Positions 25,761-35,904 of a stretch of DNA of 64,000 nucleotides are shown here, piece after piece. Origin of the DNA: a virus. Its lineage: Duplodnaviria > Caudoviricetes. How positions within the stretch are numbered: the stretch's first letter is position 1; every line of letters begins with the position of its first letter. A model generated the notes under the pieces. The model did not search any database. It was not told the DNA's origin and saw nothing but the letters and a program-made list of their open reading frames with translations. The stretch lies in IMG/VR virus record IMGVR_UViG_3300036546_000248; one strand, given 5' to 3'. Made by a program: the position numbers and the translations under genes.

Positions 25761-27170
25761 TTAGTAATCTGCCATGGCGTACTTGATGAGGATCAACACC
25801 AGTGGGATGTAGTAGAAGCGCTCAAGGTTGGGCCAAGTCTTAGCAGACTCTACCAATCGTAACAGATCGGCTTTATCCACAGGCTTGCCTTCCAAGGTAT
25901 TGCGCGTCGCCAACTCCAACACGGATTGACCTTGTTCTTGGTAGTAGAATGCCCGACTGAGGACGTAGAAGTCGTCAATGGTCACCGGATGGATCAGTAC
26001 CGGCTCACTACCTGATCCCTTTTCAAAGCCTGCGAGGTCAGTGCTGGCTTGAAGGATCTTGTTCAGGTTATTACTGCGACGAGAACCTCCCACAATACGT
26101 TCGGGTATCAGTGGGTCTATGTATTCACACCCGTAGTTCAATCCTTGGTAATCAGTCCGATCACTGCGTGTCGAATCCACCACCTTAAGATTGGTTTTGT
26201 CGGTGGGGTAGACAATCGATTCAATACCGCTGTAATAGAACCCATTGAACTGTGGGTGCTCGTTGAAGCGTTCGCGTGGTGCCACTCCGGCTTGATAAAA
26301 AGCCATGGTCAACAGATCCACGTTGTTCTGCGCCAAGCACTGCCACAAGTTAACTTCCTTGAAAGCCGGATCGCGTTCAACGTTCAACACTTTGATCCGG
26401 TAGATCAGCGGATGTTCACTCTGCTCAACGGTCGACAACACCCCACTGACCAAGAAGGGGTCGTACAGCTTCTCCGGTTGATCGGGCACCAATAACGTTT
26501 GGTGTTCGATGTTGAAGAAGTCTCGGAAGTAATGCATCACCAAGTGTTTGTAACCTGCCTCGATTTTGGCCAGTTGTTCGAACTCGGTAGTGACCAGGGT
26601 GGCATTACGATTGGTTTGGAGGGTGTTTCTAACAAACACCTGTTCCACCACAACCTTACTGTCGAGGTCACGTCGATGCAAGTCATCCATCTCAGAACGC
26701 ATTTTGTACGAGATGGTGTACACCGCATCATGAAGACGAGACTTCTTCTCAGAAGCCGTAACAGTAAACAGGCCTTCTTTACCGTCGCCGATGTCTGCAA
26801 TGAATACGTCACCTACGTTAGGAATCACTCCTGCGTAGACAGTGGCTTCACCAGATACTTCCCACGTGCGGGTATTGGCATCTTGGCTTTGGGAAAGCTC
26901 GCCGGTAACCTTGAGTTCCAGAAGCTTTACCAAACGGTATTGTTGATAGGCCGCCTCTTGGTTGACTTGGAGATCAGAGACCTCATCATCTTTACCTAAG
27001 ATTTGGCTGTAGTAGTTGACAATCCAACTGGCCCCTTCCACGTACGCCAACAGTGACTTGTGAGGTTGGTACCGGGTATCGACCACGTTACTTTGAATTT
27101 CGGGCGCAACGGCATGGCCCAGGTTTTTCTCTGGAGCGGGTGCTGGCGCTTTGGGATTAAGAATCGGCAT
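25761..27170 (-). CDS. Virion structural protein (gp99-like by synteny)
   Basis: Start MPILNP at 27170; PNVGDVFIADIGDG motif. Confidence 0.65.
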   Translation of the reverse strand: MPILNPKAPAPAPEKNLGHAVAPEIQSNVVDTRYQPHKSLLAYVEGASWIVNYYSQILGKDDEVSDLQVNQEAAYQQYRLVKLLELKVTGELSQSQDANTRTWEVSGEATVYAGVIPNVGDVFIADIGDGKEGLFTVTASEKKSRLHDAVYTISYKMRSEMDDLHRRDLDSKVVVEQVFVRNTLQTNRNATLVTTEFEQLAKIEAGYKHLVMHYFRDFFNIEHQTLLVPDQPEKLYDPFLVSGVLSTVEQSEHPLIYRIKVLNVERDPAFKEVNLWQCLAQNNVDLLTMAFYQAGVAPRERFNEHPQFNGFYYSGIESIVYPTDKTNLKVVDSTRSDRTDYQGLNYGCEYIDPLIPERIVGGSRRSNNLNKILQASTDLAGFEKGSGSEPVLIHPVTIDDFYVLSRAFYYQEQGQSVLELATRNTLEGKPVDKADLLRLVESAKTWPNLERFYYIPLVLILIKYAMADY

Positions 27171-28677
27171 GGAGATCTTCCTTCGGTCGGACGATGATGC
27201 TGTAACTACCCACAGTCCGCATCGTTGCTTGTCGACTGGTGCGATCAAGGAGTTGTTGAAGCGTCTTACGGGGCAGTAATTTATCGCCGAGCAGTTTAGT
27301 GTCTTTGGGGTCGATGGACTTTTGCGGGTAAAGTACCTTAACCAAATCCAGCGCCAATTGACCATGTTGACGCAAACGTTCCAACGCCTGAGGACTCAGG
27401 ATCTTAAGATCACAGATAGTCATCACCACGTGGTACATTTTACGAGGATCGAGGTCGACTGTGGTTCTCACATTCAGATCGGCGTCCACTGTCAAAACCG
27501 TCTCCTCCATTCGGGTGTCGCCATTGAACAAATGGAGGTTGAAAACAGTCTGTGCAGGCAGATTCAAGTACCGACACTCGTCTGAGAGAAACGCCAGAAC
27601 TTGTGGTGTGAACTCGTGTGTACCCAACTCCTTAAGACTGAACAACTCACGAGGGTCTTCAGGATTAACACCCATCAACAACGTCAGTACTGGGTACATG
27701 TTCTTAAACTGGGTAGTGGCAACCCAGTCATCGTACTCCGGAATGCGTACACCTTTAAAGGGATAGAGTACATCGGTGTACAGACGTGTGAACTTGTCCA
27801 AGTGACGACGTTCATCGTTCGGTCGGCGGGCGATGTTGGCCAGTTCGTAGGTCAATTTCTCTTGACGGTACTTCTGATCCACCACTTGGTTGTGGACAAC
27901 AATCGGGTAGCGCATCGCACAGGCCACAGGCTTGTCGTACTGGAATCGGTATTCAAACCCGATCTCCCAAGGAGCCCCTTCATTCGCAGCACCGCCTTTG
28001 TCGGGCTGGGCCATAAAGTCAAACCAGCCGATGACCCCTACCTGACGTTCAGCCATGGACAACAGTGCACCGCGCCCCGCTTGGTTAGTAACCGAAACTA
28101 CCCGAGGACTGAAGTGTGCTCGTAGGTATGATTTCAGATCTTCTCCATAACCGTACTCGGCTTCTCTCATTCGCCACAGTTCGCGCAAGATGAGTAGTTC
28201 GGCCTTAGGGAGGGGGTAGTGGTAGTCGAACTCGTGCAAGAGTTCCTGTTGGCCTTCAGAGACCTTCAAACGCATCCGATCTCGCCACCGTAGGGCGCTG
28301 GTGCGATCTGGTGCTCGGTAGCGGAAACTGATCGCTACCTCTGTCCGTACATAGACGGGTTTGATGTGAATACCCAGTACCGGGTCTGAGAAAATGAACT
28401 GTTCGTTCGGTTTACGAACCGCGGTGGTGAGGGTACGTTCTTCAATGTACTCCTCCTCCACTTCTACATAAACCCGCCCAGTGAAGCCGTACTTGTTTTC
28501 AGCAGTAGGGTCCATGGGACTGGCCGATTGGTATTGTGCTTCAGTGGCGCCGTAATAATCGATCCCGGTGTCTTTAGGCAACCCCATATAAGCTACCAGG
28601 TCTTTGATCATCTGAACGCACACTGGTCGAGTCACCGAGTTATACGTCTCGGGGATCTCAGAAACAATGTTGGGCAT
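27157..28677 (-). CDS. Virion structural protein (gp98-like by synteny)
   Basis: Start MPNIV with AAGGAG; overlaps the next gene. Confidence 0.65.
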   Translation of the reverse strand: MPNIVSEIPETYNSVTRPVCVQMIKDLVAYMGLPKDTGIDYYGATEAQYQSASPMDPTAENKYGFTGRVYVEVEEEYIEERTLTTAVRKPNEQFIFSDPVLGIHIKPVYVRTEVAISFRYRAPDRTSALRWRDRMRLKVSEGQQELLHEFDYHYPLPKAELLILRELWRMREAEYGYGEDLKSYLRAHFSPRVVSVTNQAGRGALLSMAERQVGVIGWFDFMAQPDKGGAANEGAPWEIGFEYRFQYDKPVACAMRYPIVVHNQVVDQKYRQEKLTYELANIARRPNDERRHLDKFTRLYTDVLYPFKGVRIPEYDDWVATTQFKNMYPVLTLLMGVNPEDPRELFSLKELGTHEFTPQVLAFLSDECRYLNLPAQTVFNLHLFNGDTRMEETVLTVDADLNVRTTVDLDPRKMYHVVMTICDLKILSPQALERLRQHGQLALDLVKVLYPQKSIDPKDTKLLGDKLLPRKTLQQLLDRTSRQATMRTVGSYSIIVRPKEDLHADS

Positions 28678-28736
28678 GGTTAACTCCTTGGGTTGTGTAG
28701 TGTCAACCACACGTTTAGTCTAAGCCATACCATACG

Positions 28737-28770
28737 CGGCATAGGAGGAGGGGCTAACCCCCCCTCCTTA
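28737..28770 (-). terminator. Hairpin followed directly by TATGCCG, no U-tract
   Basis: AGGAGGGG stem downstream of the tad1-like gene. Confidence 0.6.
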
Positions 28771-28771
28771 C

Positions 28772-29188
28772 TTATGCTTTCTCGAGACCTTCGACTTGTC
28801 GAACCAGTCGGTCCAGGGTCCTTTGTTTAAGGGCATCCAAAGCTTTGCCCACGTGTAGCAGTGCTTCTGCATTATAGTTGTTGGAGTATGGTCCTGACTG
28901 GAAACCAGACAAACGGTGTTCGCAGATTGCCAACAGTGCTTCTATGGTTATGCCGTTCTGACCACATTCGGGTACGGTACCGTGTTGGAATATCACCGGC
29001 AACCTACTGAAACTGGAAACATAGCCTTCAGCGTTACTATTACTGGGATTGGATTTAGTATCAAAACCAGTGATGGTGTAGTGATGGTTAGCATTACCTG
29101 GTCCTGGTTGATCTACGGCTTCAACTACTAGGGACTCTTTATGGTCACCAAAGATAACCAGATGGCGGTGAAGGGTTTTATTACTCAT
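28772..29188 (-). CDS. tad1: Tad1-family anti-Thoeris/CBASS signal sponge
   Basis: GPGNANHHY..FQHG..G.NG....LL.I..HRL.GFQSGPY....N..AL.H...AL..L..R...R..RQV.G aligns with the recalled Tad1 sequence along its whole length. Confidence 0.85.
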   Translation of the reverse strand: MSNKTLHRHLVIFGDHKESLVVEAVDQPGPGNANHHYTITGFDTKSNPSNSNAEGYVSSFSRLPVIFQHGTVPECGQNGITIEALLAICEHRLSGFQSGPYSNNYNAEALLHVGKALDALKQRTLDRLVRQVEGLEKA

Positions 29189-29239
29189 ATCGACTACTTC
29201 CATTAGTGGTGGGTTGTCTATAGTATCACTAAACAATGT

Positions 29240-29269
29240 AAAAAAAAAAAGAGGCCCGAAGGCCCCTTT
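29240..29269 (-). terminator. Intrinsic terminator
   Basis: G(G)GGCC-TTCG-GGCCTC followed by T11. Confidence 0.8.
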
Positions 29270-29284
29270 GTTTATTGTGTAGCC

Positions 29285-30148
29285 TTATGCCACATACAGA
29301 CGATGCAGACCCAACGGAATACCAGGACCTGTCAACAGCGTAGCACGCATCATCGAGAAGAGATTGCTACGATCTTTACGCATGTGATCAAGACGGGTTT
29401 GGCGTTCACGCTTGTAACTCACCAGACTTTCGAGATGTTCGAGTATCTCAGTTTCAGGCTCGTTCAGTTCGCCGGCGGAGCGCAGGGTCCGGATCAAACG
29501 TTCGCTACGTTCCAGGTCTTCTTCAGCGGTCACCACCGGAGCGGGGGTAACTTTGGTGATGGTTTCTTCTTTACGCACCTGTTCGACATTCGAGGTTTCG
29601 GCCGAGGCTTCTTCCTGAGTGGCGACACGCACCGGAGTCATACCTGCAGCAATCATGGCCTGAACCAGGCTGTCTTCATCAGACAGCATGTCAGGATCAA
29701 CCTGCTTGATGGCCTGATCGACGGTGGTCATGGTGGCAGCCAGAGCACTGCTGATCAGTTCTTCACCAGAGACATTACCGCCTTTGGCGTCGTACTGACG
29801 AATCATGTTGTTGAAGCTGGCCATGATGATCGCCTTTTCCATCATGTTGCAATGGAAGAACAGCGGATTGATCAGACCCATCTTCTCGCAGTAGATGGCG
29901 AATGCGTCCTTGACCGGAAGGTCGTGACCCGGCTCGAATTTCACAGCCCCCTTCAGGCGCTTATTGGTGAAAGTGATTTCGCCTTTATCGTCCACTGTGA
30001 TGTTGACCGGGTAGTTGTAATCGCTGATCAGGAAGATACGTTCTTCCTTGTCAGTGGCCACGCCGGCGTAGAGTTCGTCACCTACCCGCCCGCCATTGTC
30101 CATCAGTTGGACAATAGCTTTGATCAAATTGATGTTGTTAACTTTCAT
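29285..30148 (-). CDS. Hypothetical early protein
   Basis: Monocistronic, between an early-type promoter and a terminator. Confidence 0.75.
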   Translation of the reverse strand: MKVNNINLIKAIVQLMDNGGRVGDELYAGVATDKEERIFLISDYNYPVNITVDDKGEITFTNKRLKGAVKFEPGHDLPVKDAFAIYCEKMGLINPLFFHCNMMEKAIIMASFNNMIRQYDAKGGNVSGEELISSALAATMTTVDQAIKQVDPDMLSDEDSLVQAMIAAGMTPVRVATQEEASAETSNVEQVRKEETITKVTPAPVVTAEEDLERSERLIRTLRSAGELNEPETEILEHLESLVSYKRERQTRLDHMRKDRSNLFSMMRATLLTGPGIPLGLHRLYVA

Positions 30149-30200
30149 GGTGAATCTCCTCAGATAAACAATGGTAGTAGATACGTTAGTGTATCCTATT

Positions 30201-30235
30201 CACCTGAGTAATATAGACTTGAGATTTTTTTATTT
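30201..30235 (-). promoter_or_regulatory. Early (virion RNAP-type) promoter
   Basis: AAATAAAAAAATCTCAAGTCTATATTACTCAGGTG, near-identical to 46494-46528; contains TATTAC. Confidence 0.75.
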
Positions 30236-30250
30236 AGCCTTTATAACAGG

Positions 30251-30284
30251 CGGCATAAAAGCCCACCCTTCTGGGTGGGCTTTT
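30251..30284 (-). terminator. Terminator
   Basis: AAAAGCCCACCC/GGGTGGGCTTTT followed by ATGCCG. Confidence 0.85.
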
Positions 30285-30314
30285 ACAGTGCTCTAAAGCA
30301 ACCCCACCGAAGAA

Positions 30315-31601
30315 TTACTTCTTCTTAGAAGGACCGGCTTTGTGAGCGGCAACGCCACGATCAACCAGAGCCAGTGCGGCGCGAACAACAGCGAACTCGT
30401 GCGAGTACACTTGGTTCACAACGCGGGACAGGTCGAAGTTGGCCTTACGCATGATCATGGAGGCAGCAGCCTGCTTGGCGCTTTCCTTGATCTTCTTGGT
30501 CCAACCTTCAACCTTGGTCTCGGTGGCTTTGAGCGCTTTCTCGCGAGCAGCGGTCAGCTTCTCGAGAGGCTTCTTCTTCTCTTCCAGCTGAGCGATCAGC
30601 TTACCGGAAGCTTCGAGAAGCTTCAGCAGTTCGGCCTTGCTCGGTGCATCGATTTCAGTACTGACATCGTCGATGGCCTTGAAGCCGTAACCTTTGATCA
30701 GCTTCGGTGCGCTGAGGTTGGTGTCGGAGCCTTTTTCCATGCTCTGAGTAACTTCAGCACGAACAACGGCGTCGCCGGACATCGGAGCGGAGACGGAAGT
30801 GATCTTCTTGATCACACCTTCAACGCCGTCAGTGGCTTCGCTCAGAGCTTTCTGAAGCTCCTCACGGGCGAAGTCATTAACTTCGGCTGCTTCAAGCAGA
30901 CGAGGAACGCGGATTGCGTAGAAGGTTTCAGCGGCGTCGCCGAGATCCTTGAGGATGCCGGCAGCCTGTTGGTGAGTGGCACCCATGCCGGAGAGGATCG
31001 AACCGATGTCAGCCTTGCCTTTGTAGCGCAGGGTATTGGCGTTCGGGACTTTGATCTTGTCACCGTTTTCTTCCTTGATTTCCTTGACAGCCTTTTTCAG
31101 GGCTTCTTGGCGGCTCTTCAGCTTGGAGACGCCGCCGAAGATCTTGGAGAAGAAGTTCTTGATGGCCTGGATGGCCTTGGAGACGGCGTTCTTGATCGCC
31201 AGCCAGATCTTCTTCAGGGTTTCGCCGATACCTTCCATCGAGATGGTGGTAGCAGCGGCTTGGCCAGAAGCGCCACCGAAGGATTCCATCGACGGGGTGA
31301 CGTCGGAGGCTTCCAGGCCGAGGCGGCCAACGTGGGCTTGAACGGCGTGCTGCATGAACAGGGCTGCTTGCGGGTTCAGACCGCCGTCTTGCATGGCGCT
31401 TTCCATGGAGACCAGGATGCCTTCCAGACCTTCGGAGATGTCGCCCAGCTCTTCGACGTTGTCGCCTTGCTCTTCGAATTCACCTTCGGCTTCGCCAGCT
31501 TCGGCGATTTCGATTTCGAGGGTATCGTCGGCAGAGACGACCAGCTCGGTTTCGTTGGTGGCTTCATCTTCCATGGAGATGAACAGTTGCTTCAGACTCA
31601 T
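30315..31601 (-). CDS. Inner-head (inner body) protein, phiKZ gp93/95-like
   Basis: Acidic propeptide with repeated SME cleavage motifs, strong codon bias, upstream TTGTATG. Confidence 0.75.
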   Translation of the reverse strand: MSLKQLFISMEDEATNETELVVSADDTLEIEIAEAGEAEGEFEEQGDNVEELGDISEGLEGILVSMESAMQDGGLNPQAALFMQHAVQAHVGRLGLEASDVTPSMESFGGASGQAAATTISMEGIGETLKKIWLAIKNAVSKAIQAIKNFFSKIFGGVSKLKSRQEALKKAVKEIKEENGDKIKVPNANTLRYKGKADIGSILSGMGATHQQAAGILKDLGDAAETFYAIRVPRLLEAAEVNDFAREELQKALSEATDGVEGVIKKITSVSAPMSGDAVVRAEVTQSMEKGSDTNLSAPKLIKGYGFKAIDDVSTEIDAPSKAELLKLLEASGKLIAQLEEKKKPLEKLTAAREKALKATETKVEGWTKKIKESAKQAAASMIMRKANFDLSRVVNQVYSHEFAVVRAALALVDRGVAAHKAGPSKKK

Positions 31602-31687
31602 GAGTAAAACTCCGTAACGTTAAGGATAGTCATGCGACTAGGTTTTGCGCACTTGTGCATACAATACACTGATTGTGCGAAAAATGT

Positions 31688-32260
31688 TTAAGCGAAAAGC
31701 TGGTTGAGCTTTTTGATCCGATCGGCTGTCGATTCCGTGGTGTCTTGCTCAAAAGAAGAGCCAAACATCAACCAGATCGTCATAACCATATCTTCAAAAC
31801 CATTCGGGTGGGAACACCAGAGGGCAACGACCTCAGCTCCTGGGCGACCCATGAATGGCTTAAAGACATCACCCAGCTGGCCACTACTAGCGCGCTGCTT
31901 GTGCTCAGAACGGGGTTCGGCCCATTCAGCCAGCAAAGGCTTCCAGTTGTGAATGGAGACCTTGCGGCATCCAGTCTGGATGAACTTCAGCGTATCCAGC
32001 AGAAACTCATAGTTATAACCGTAGAGGAACGGGTTATTTTTCTGAGTGTGGAGGAACTGGGAGAAATTACCAAAGAACTCCATAGCTATTGGGAAGACTT
32101 CCCGATAGAAGGAAAACCCTTGGGTGTTGGCACGGCCGGTGAGGATGAGGTCCATCACGCGATCTACGTCACGGCTGCCAGGTGTGGTGACAACACCACC
32201 TGCACCATTAGCCACGAGAAAGCCACGTGGGTAAAGAGCGCCCGACAACTTAATTGTCAT
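31688..32260 (-). CDS. Conserved phiKZ-like protein
   Basis: Packed in the head-protein operon. Confidence 0.65.
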   Translation of the reverse strand: MTIKLSGALYPRGFLVANGAGGVVTTPGSRDVDRVMDLILTGRANTQGFSFYREVFPIAMEFFGNFSQFLHTQKNNPFLYGYNYEFLLDTLKFIQTGCRKVSIHNWKPLLAEWAEPRSEHKQRASSGQLGDVFKPFMGRPGAEVVALWCSHPNGFEDMVMTIWLMFGSSFEQDTTESTADRIKKLNQLFA

Positions 32261-33149
32261 AGTAGTCGCTCTCCATGTCCATCACCTTCTTGTTCAGCTT
32301 TTGCAGACGCCCTTCGGTGTAGGCGATTTCCTGCTGGAGCCGAGCATCCGGTTCACGTTCTTCTTTGAGAGCGAGCAGTCGGTATTCGAGTGCACGCTTC
32401 TCTTCCAACGCCGCTTTATAGCGACTGACTTGCCATTCAGCCACAGCCATGCGGACGTAGTAGATCGGGTTCAGACGAACCGGGATCAAACCAAAGCCGA
32501 GCGGGTCGGTCTTGGTCGCACCCAGGGTTTGTTCAACCATGGGGACTTCGTCAGCAGTGACGGTCATGTCCGGGATCGCAGCAAAGCTCGATTCCAGCTG
32601 ACGTGTCGGGATGTAAAGGATGCGGCAAGCCTGAGCGAAGTTGTCGCGGTTATCCCACACCCAACGCTCTTCGGCTTTGGACATAGCCTTCGGCAACGTG
32701 AAGCCGGTTTTGCCTTCAGCCTGTTCTTCACTCAGCGTCCAGAGCAGCAGTCGACGAGCGTAACGCGAAGCAAAGGAAGCCACCTCGAGGTACTGAATCA
32801 GGTTGGCGCGCGTGAAGCTGATGGCACTGGAGCCTACGTCTTGTGCGAAAGCCTTGTTCACCATCTTCTCGATAGTGTCCAGACGCTCACCCAGACCTTC
32901 CAGTACGGTAGATACCGCGTAGAGGTAGTTAGCGTTAGCCAACTTGGGGGAGATCTTTTTGGCGAACTCACGGTCGTAGTTCTGGCACTGCTTGGCATGG
33001 AGCTTGCTGCGACCGTAATGCTCTTTAACCGAGAGATACGGAGGCAGGGTGATCTCTTCGACCTCTGCGCGCAGAACCGAGAGTTCCTCGGTCAAACGGC
33101 TGCGCTCGAACGTCGGGAGCATCAGAGAAAGGAACTTTTGGATCTTCAT
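32250..33149 (-). CDS. Abundant head protein (gp90-like by synteny)
   Basis: NPIYYVRM..AEWQV.RY motif; strong codon bias. Confidence 0.7.
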   Translation of the reverse strand: MKIQKFLSLMLPTFERSRLTEELSVLRAEVEEITLPPYLSVKEHYGRSKLHAKQCQNYDREFAKKISPKLANANYLYAVSTVLEGLGERLDTIEKMVNKAFAQDVGSSAISFTRANLIQYLEVASFASRYARRLLLWTLSEEQAEGKTGFTLPKAMSKAEERWVWDNRDNFAQACRILYIPTRQLESSFAAIPDMTVTADEVPMVEQTLGATKTDPLGFGLIPVRLNPIYYVRMAVAEWQVSRYKAALEEKRALEYRLLALKEEREPDARLQQEIAYTEGRLQKLNKKVMDMESDYYDN

Positions 33150-33161
33150 GGTTGACTCCGG

Positions 33162-34319
33162 TCAAATCGTGGGGTTGGCGCCCATCTGGTAGGCCTTCAT
33201 GATCTCGGCCACATCCGGGCCCTTCTTGCCGTTGGAAACTTTCAGTTCCTTGAACGACAGCTCCGTCGGAATAGCAATACCCCGATGGTAGAAGGTAACC
33301 ATTTCGTAGTCCGGGTCTACCACACAGAGAATCATGCAGTAGGTTTCGTTGAAGACTTTGTCGCGTACACGCAGGTCTTTCAGACGCCCACCGACATTAC
33401 GTTCCAGTTCGCGGGCGGTGGATGCACCGATCACGATCAGGTTCGAGGCAGTGGCCACCGACGGCTGACCCGAGAAGATTGCCGAAATGCTGTTGCCACG
33501 GCGACGCTTGCGGATCTCCTCGTACAGACCCGAGTTGTCTTTGGCCAGGGTCTTCTTGTGAGCATCGATCAGGTCTTGGCACATCACGAGGTCACGGATG
33601 AACTCGAGTTGGCCTGCACGCCACGCATGGAAGCGCTCTTTGACACTGATTTTCTTGTTGCCGACCGATAAGATATGAACCAGTTCACTGGAACCAATGC
33701 CGGTGCAAATCAGGCGGACGTTGATCGGGAAGGTGGCTCTTTGGCCATCGGACTCGATGTGGACTTCGAGCATCTTACCGACCGAGAGGTTGGTGAGGTC
33801 TTGGAGCGAGGCAACTGTATCGCGACCAAGACCCATGGTTTCTTCACCACCAGGTACTTCTTCACCGGCACCAGCACTTCGCACCATGTCGCGCACCGAA
33901 GCCGCTTCCATGGAAATGCCGAGCTTTTCCAGCCCAGTAGGCTTACCCGGAACCGGGAGACGGAAGCTGTAGGAACGGGCGTCTTCCAGGACGAGGGACA
34001 CACCGTCACTGATGCCGTTGGCTACGTTGTCTTTGACGCTGCGTTGGGGGTTCAGCTTGTCGAGCAGTTTGACGACATCTACCCGACCCACGTTCACCGA
34101 CAGGGCCACGGCCTGCAGGTAATAACCACTGAACAGTGACGTCAGCGATTGCATGATATCTGGGGCGACATCCAGTTTGGTAACCCGAGCATCCATCAGC
34201 ACCAGCGGTTCAACGCGGGTGGGCTTGGTGTACTCGATCAGCGAATCGGAGGTGCTGTTACGCATAACCTCCGTCAGTTTACCGGCCAGCGCAAGACCGG
34301 TGACGACGTCATTCATCAT
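33162..34319 (-). CDS. Head protein (gp89-like by synteny)
   Basis: TRVEP, LSVGKMLEV, SME motif. Confidence 0.7.
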   Translation of the reverse strand: MMNDVVTGLALAGKLTEVMRNSTSDSLIEYTKPTRVEPLVLMDARVTKLDVAPDIMQSLTSLFSGYYLQAVALSVNVGRVDVVKLLDKLNPQRSVKDNVANGISDGVSLVLEDARSYSFRLPVPGKPTGLEKLGISMEAASVRDMVRSAGAGEEVPGGEETMGLGRDTVASLQDLTNLSVGKMLEVHIESDGQRATFPINVRLICTGIGSSELVHILSVGNKKISVKERFHAWRAGQLEFIRDLVMCQDLIDAHKKTLAKDNSGLYEEIRKRRRGNSISAIFSGQPSVATASNLIVIGASTARELERNVGGRLKDLRVRDKVFNETYCMILCVVDPDYEMVTFYHRGIAIPTELSFKELKVSNGKKGPDVAEIMKAYQMGANPTI

Positions 34320-34345
34320 AGTTGAAAATCCTTCGAAGGTGTTTC

Positions 34346-35470
34346 ATGAGCAAAACGATTAAGGATGTCTTAGGACAGATCTCACGGTCGGTTGGTCGAG
34401 GCGATATCTCCCAAGCGGCGTTGAACACGCTTTATGGGATTAACCACCGTGGGTATGGTAACCCTGTTCCGAACAACAAAGACAATGTAGGCCTGACCTT
34501 TTTTACGCGGCCTAATCTCAACCTAACATACGATAACATCTCGCCGATCCGTGTCCTGACCCCACTACTCGATGGTAATGGTGGTGGTGTGAATACGTTA
34601 CAGCGAGCCATTCGCATGATACTAGACCCTTACCTTGGGAGTCCGGCTAAGTTCGATGACCCCACCCTAGGTGGCAGTGGTGTCCCGTTGACATGTCCGC
34701 TGATTGATCAGGACAGCGCTTTCATACCGCTACTTAGCAACAATCTGATCTCCCTCAGTGGTTGGCCAGATGTAGGTGTCGAGACTTTCACCTCTACACC
34801 GGGTCTATTCCAAGAATCTTGGAGTATAGTTGATGGCCACTCGCGTTTCTATGAGACGTATGACCTCACCGCGACCTTCAAGAATATTGAAGGCGACCCT
34901 ATATCATTGCTGTTTTTCGTATGGCTCCACTATATGTCCTCGGTTTACCAAGGCGTAATGGTTCCATACCCTGAGAACATTGTGGAGCGTCGCGTTGATT
35001 ACCAGACTCGGATTTACCGTTTGATTCTGGATTACAAACGACAGTACGTTCAAAAGATTGCGTGTTGTGGCGCTGCGTTTCCGTTGAACAGTCCTTTGGG
35101 TAATGCCTTTAACTTCACTAACGAAGGGGTGTACATCAGCGACAACGATCAGCTCAACATTCGATTCAAAGCCATGGGGGCTGATTACAACGACCCCATT
35201 ATCATCTCCGAGTTCAATGCGGTGGTGGCTATCTTCAACGGTAAGATGAAAGGCAAAGCGAGTGATCGTGAACGGTACTATCGCAAAGTCTCTGCCGACG
35301 AGTTGGACTATTTCAACTACCGGGGTTATCCCTACATTGACCCAGAAACCCACGAGTTGGAGTGGTGGGTGCCGAAAGAGTTGTACACCGAATATGAAAA
35401 CCGATTCAGTTTTGGTGTTGAATCATTGAACTCAGACAAATACTCTGAGATCGACCCCTTAAAGATGTAA
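34346..35470 (+). CDS. Virion structural protein (gp88-like by synteny)
   Basis: GLTFFTRPNLNL, DYQTRIYRL motifs; divergent from the head operon. Confidence 0.7.
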   Translation: MSKTIKDVLGQISRSVGRGDISQAALNTLYGINHRGYGNPVPNNKDNVGLTFFTRPNLNLTYDNISPIRVLTPLLDGNGGGVNTLQRAIRMILDPYLGSPAKFDDPTLGGSGVPLTCPLIDQDSAFIPLLSNNLISLSGWPDVGVETFTSTPGLFQESWSIVDGHSRFYETYDLTATFKNIEGDPISLLFFVWLHYMSSVYQGVMVPYPENIVERRVDYQTRIYRLILDYKRQYVQKIACCGAAFPLNSPLGNAFNFTNEGVYISDNDQLNIRFKAMGADYNDPIIISEFNAVVAIFNGKMKGKASDRERYYRKVSADELDYFNYRGYPYIDPETHELEWWVPKELYTEYENRFSFGVESLNSDKYSEIDPLKM

Positions 35471-35488
35471 CGTTTTGGAGTTACCGTT

Positions 35489-35890
35489 ATGACCCGTAAG
35501 CACCGTTCCCTGGACCTCACCGGGCTGAAACTCGATTATGCGCTTGCCATGGCGTTGGATTGGACCGAACCGATGTATGGTGTTGGAAAGATTCGTTATC
35601 ACGAAGATGATAACTACATGACGATGGACGAACCAGATCCGGATGAGGACGAGTGCACCGAACCCCATCACTTCAACCATTATGTTCAGTGGGCGCCACA
35701 ACGTCTTAAGTCCATCATCCTCCAACTGATGATTGAGCATCGGGTGGGTGTGAAATGGGAGTGTGGTTCTGCGCGGGTCAGTAAAAGCGGGTTTGCCCAC
35801 ACCGGGGAAAATTTAGGAACTGCGGTAGCTCAATTGTTGGTGGCGTGTACGTTTGGTCTATACGTCGAGTTGCCTGAACACATTAATTGA
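35489..35890 (+). CDS. NinX/DUF2591-like protein
   Basis: LTGLKLDYALA N-terminus and G..L.TAV...LVA..FG..VELP C-terminus. Confidence 0.5.
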   Translation: MTRKHRSLDLTGLKLDYALAMALDWTEPMYGVGKIRYHEDDNYMTMDEPDPDEDECTEPHHFNHYVQWAPQRLKSIILQLMIEHRVGVKWECGSARVSKSGFAHTGENLGTAVAQLLVACTFGLYVELPEHIN

Positions 35891-35904
35891 TTAAGGGGGC
35901 TACA

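Noticed and set aside
29215-29240. Extended -10 (TGATACTAT) host promoter for tad1
   Set aside because: The motif is short, there is no -35, and use of host RNAP is doubtful for this phage group. Too weak to call.
30342-31607. Long antisense ORFs (also 5703..6551, 16034..17083, 19785..20693, 29303..30211, 39481..40497, 49198..50496, 60463..61743, 62166..63563)
   Set aside because: They mirror strongly codon-biased genes on the other strand, and have no RBS or recognisable motifs.
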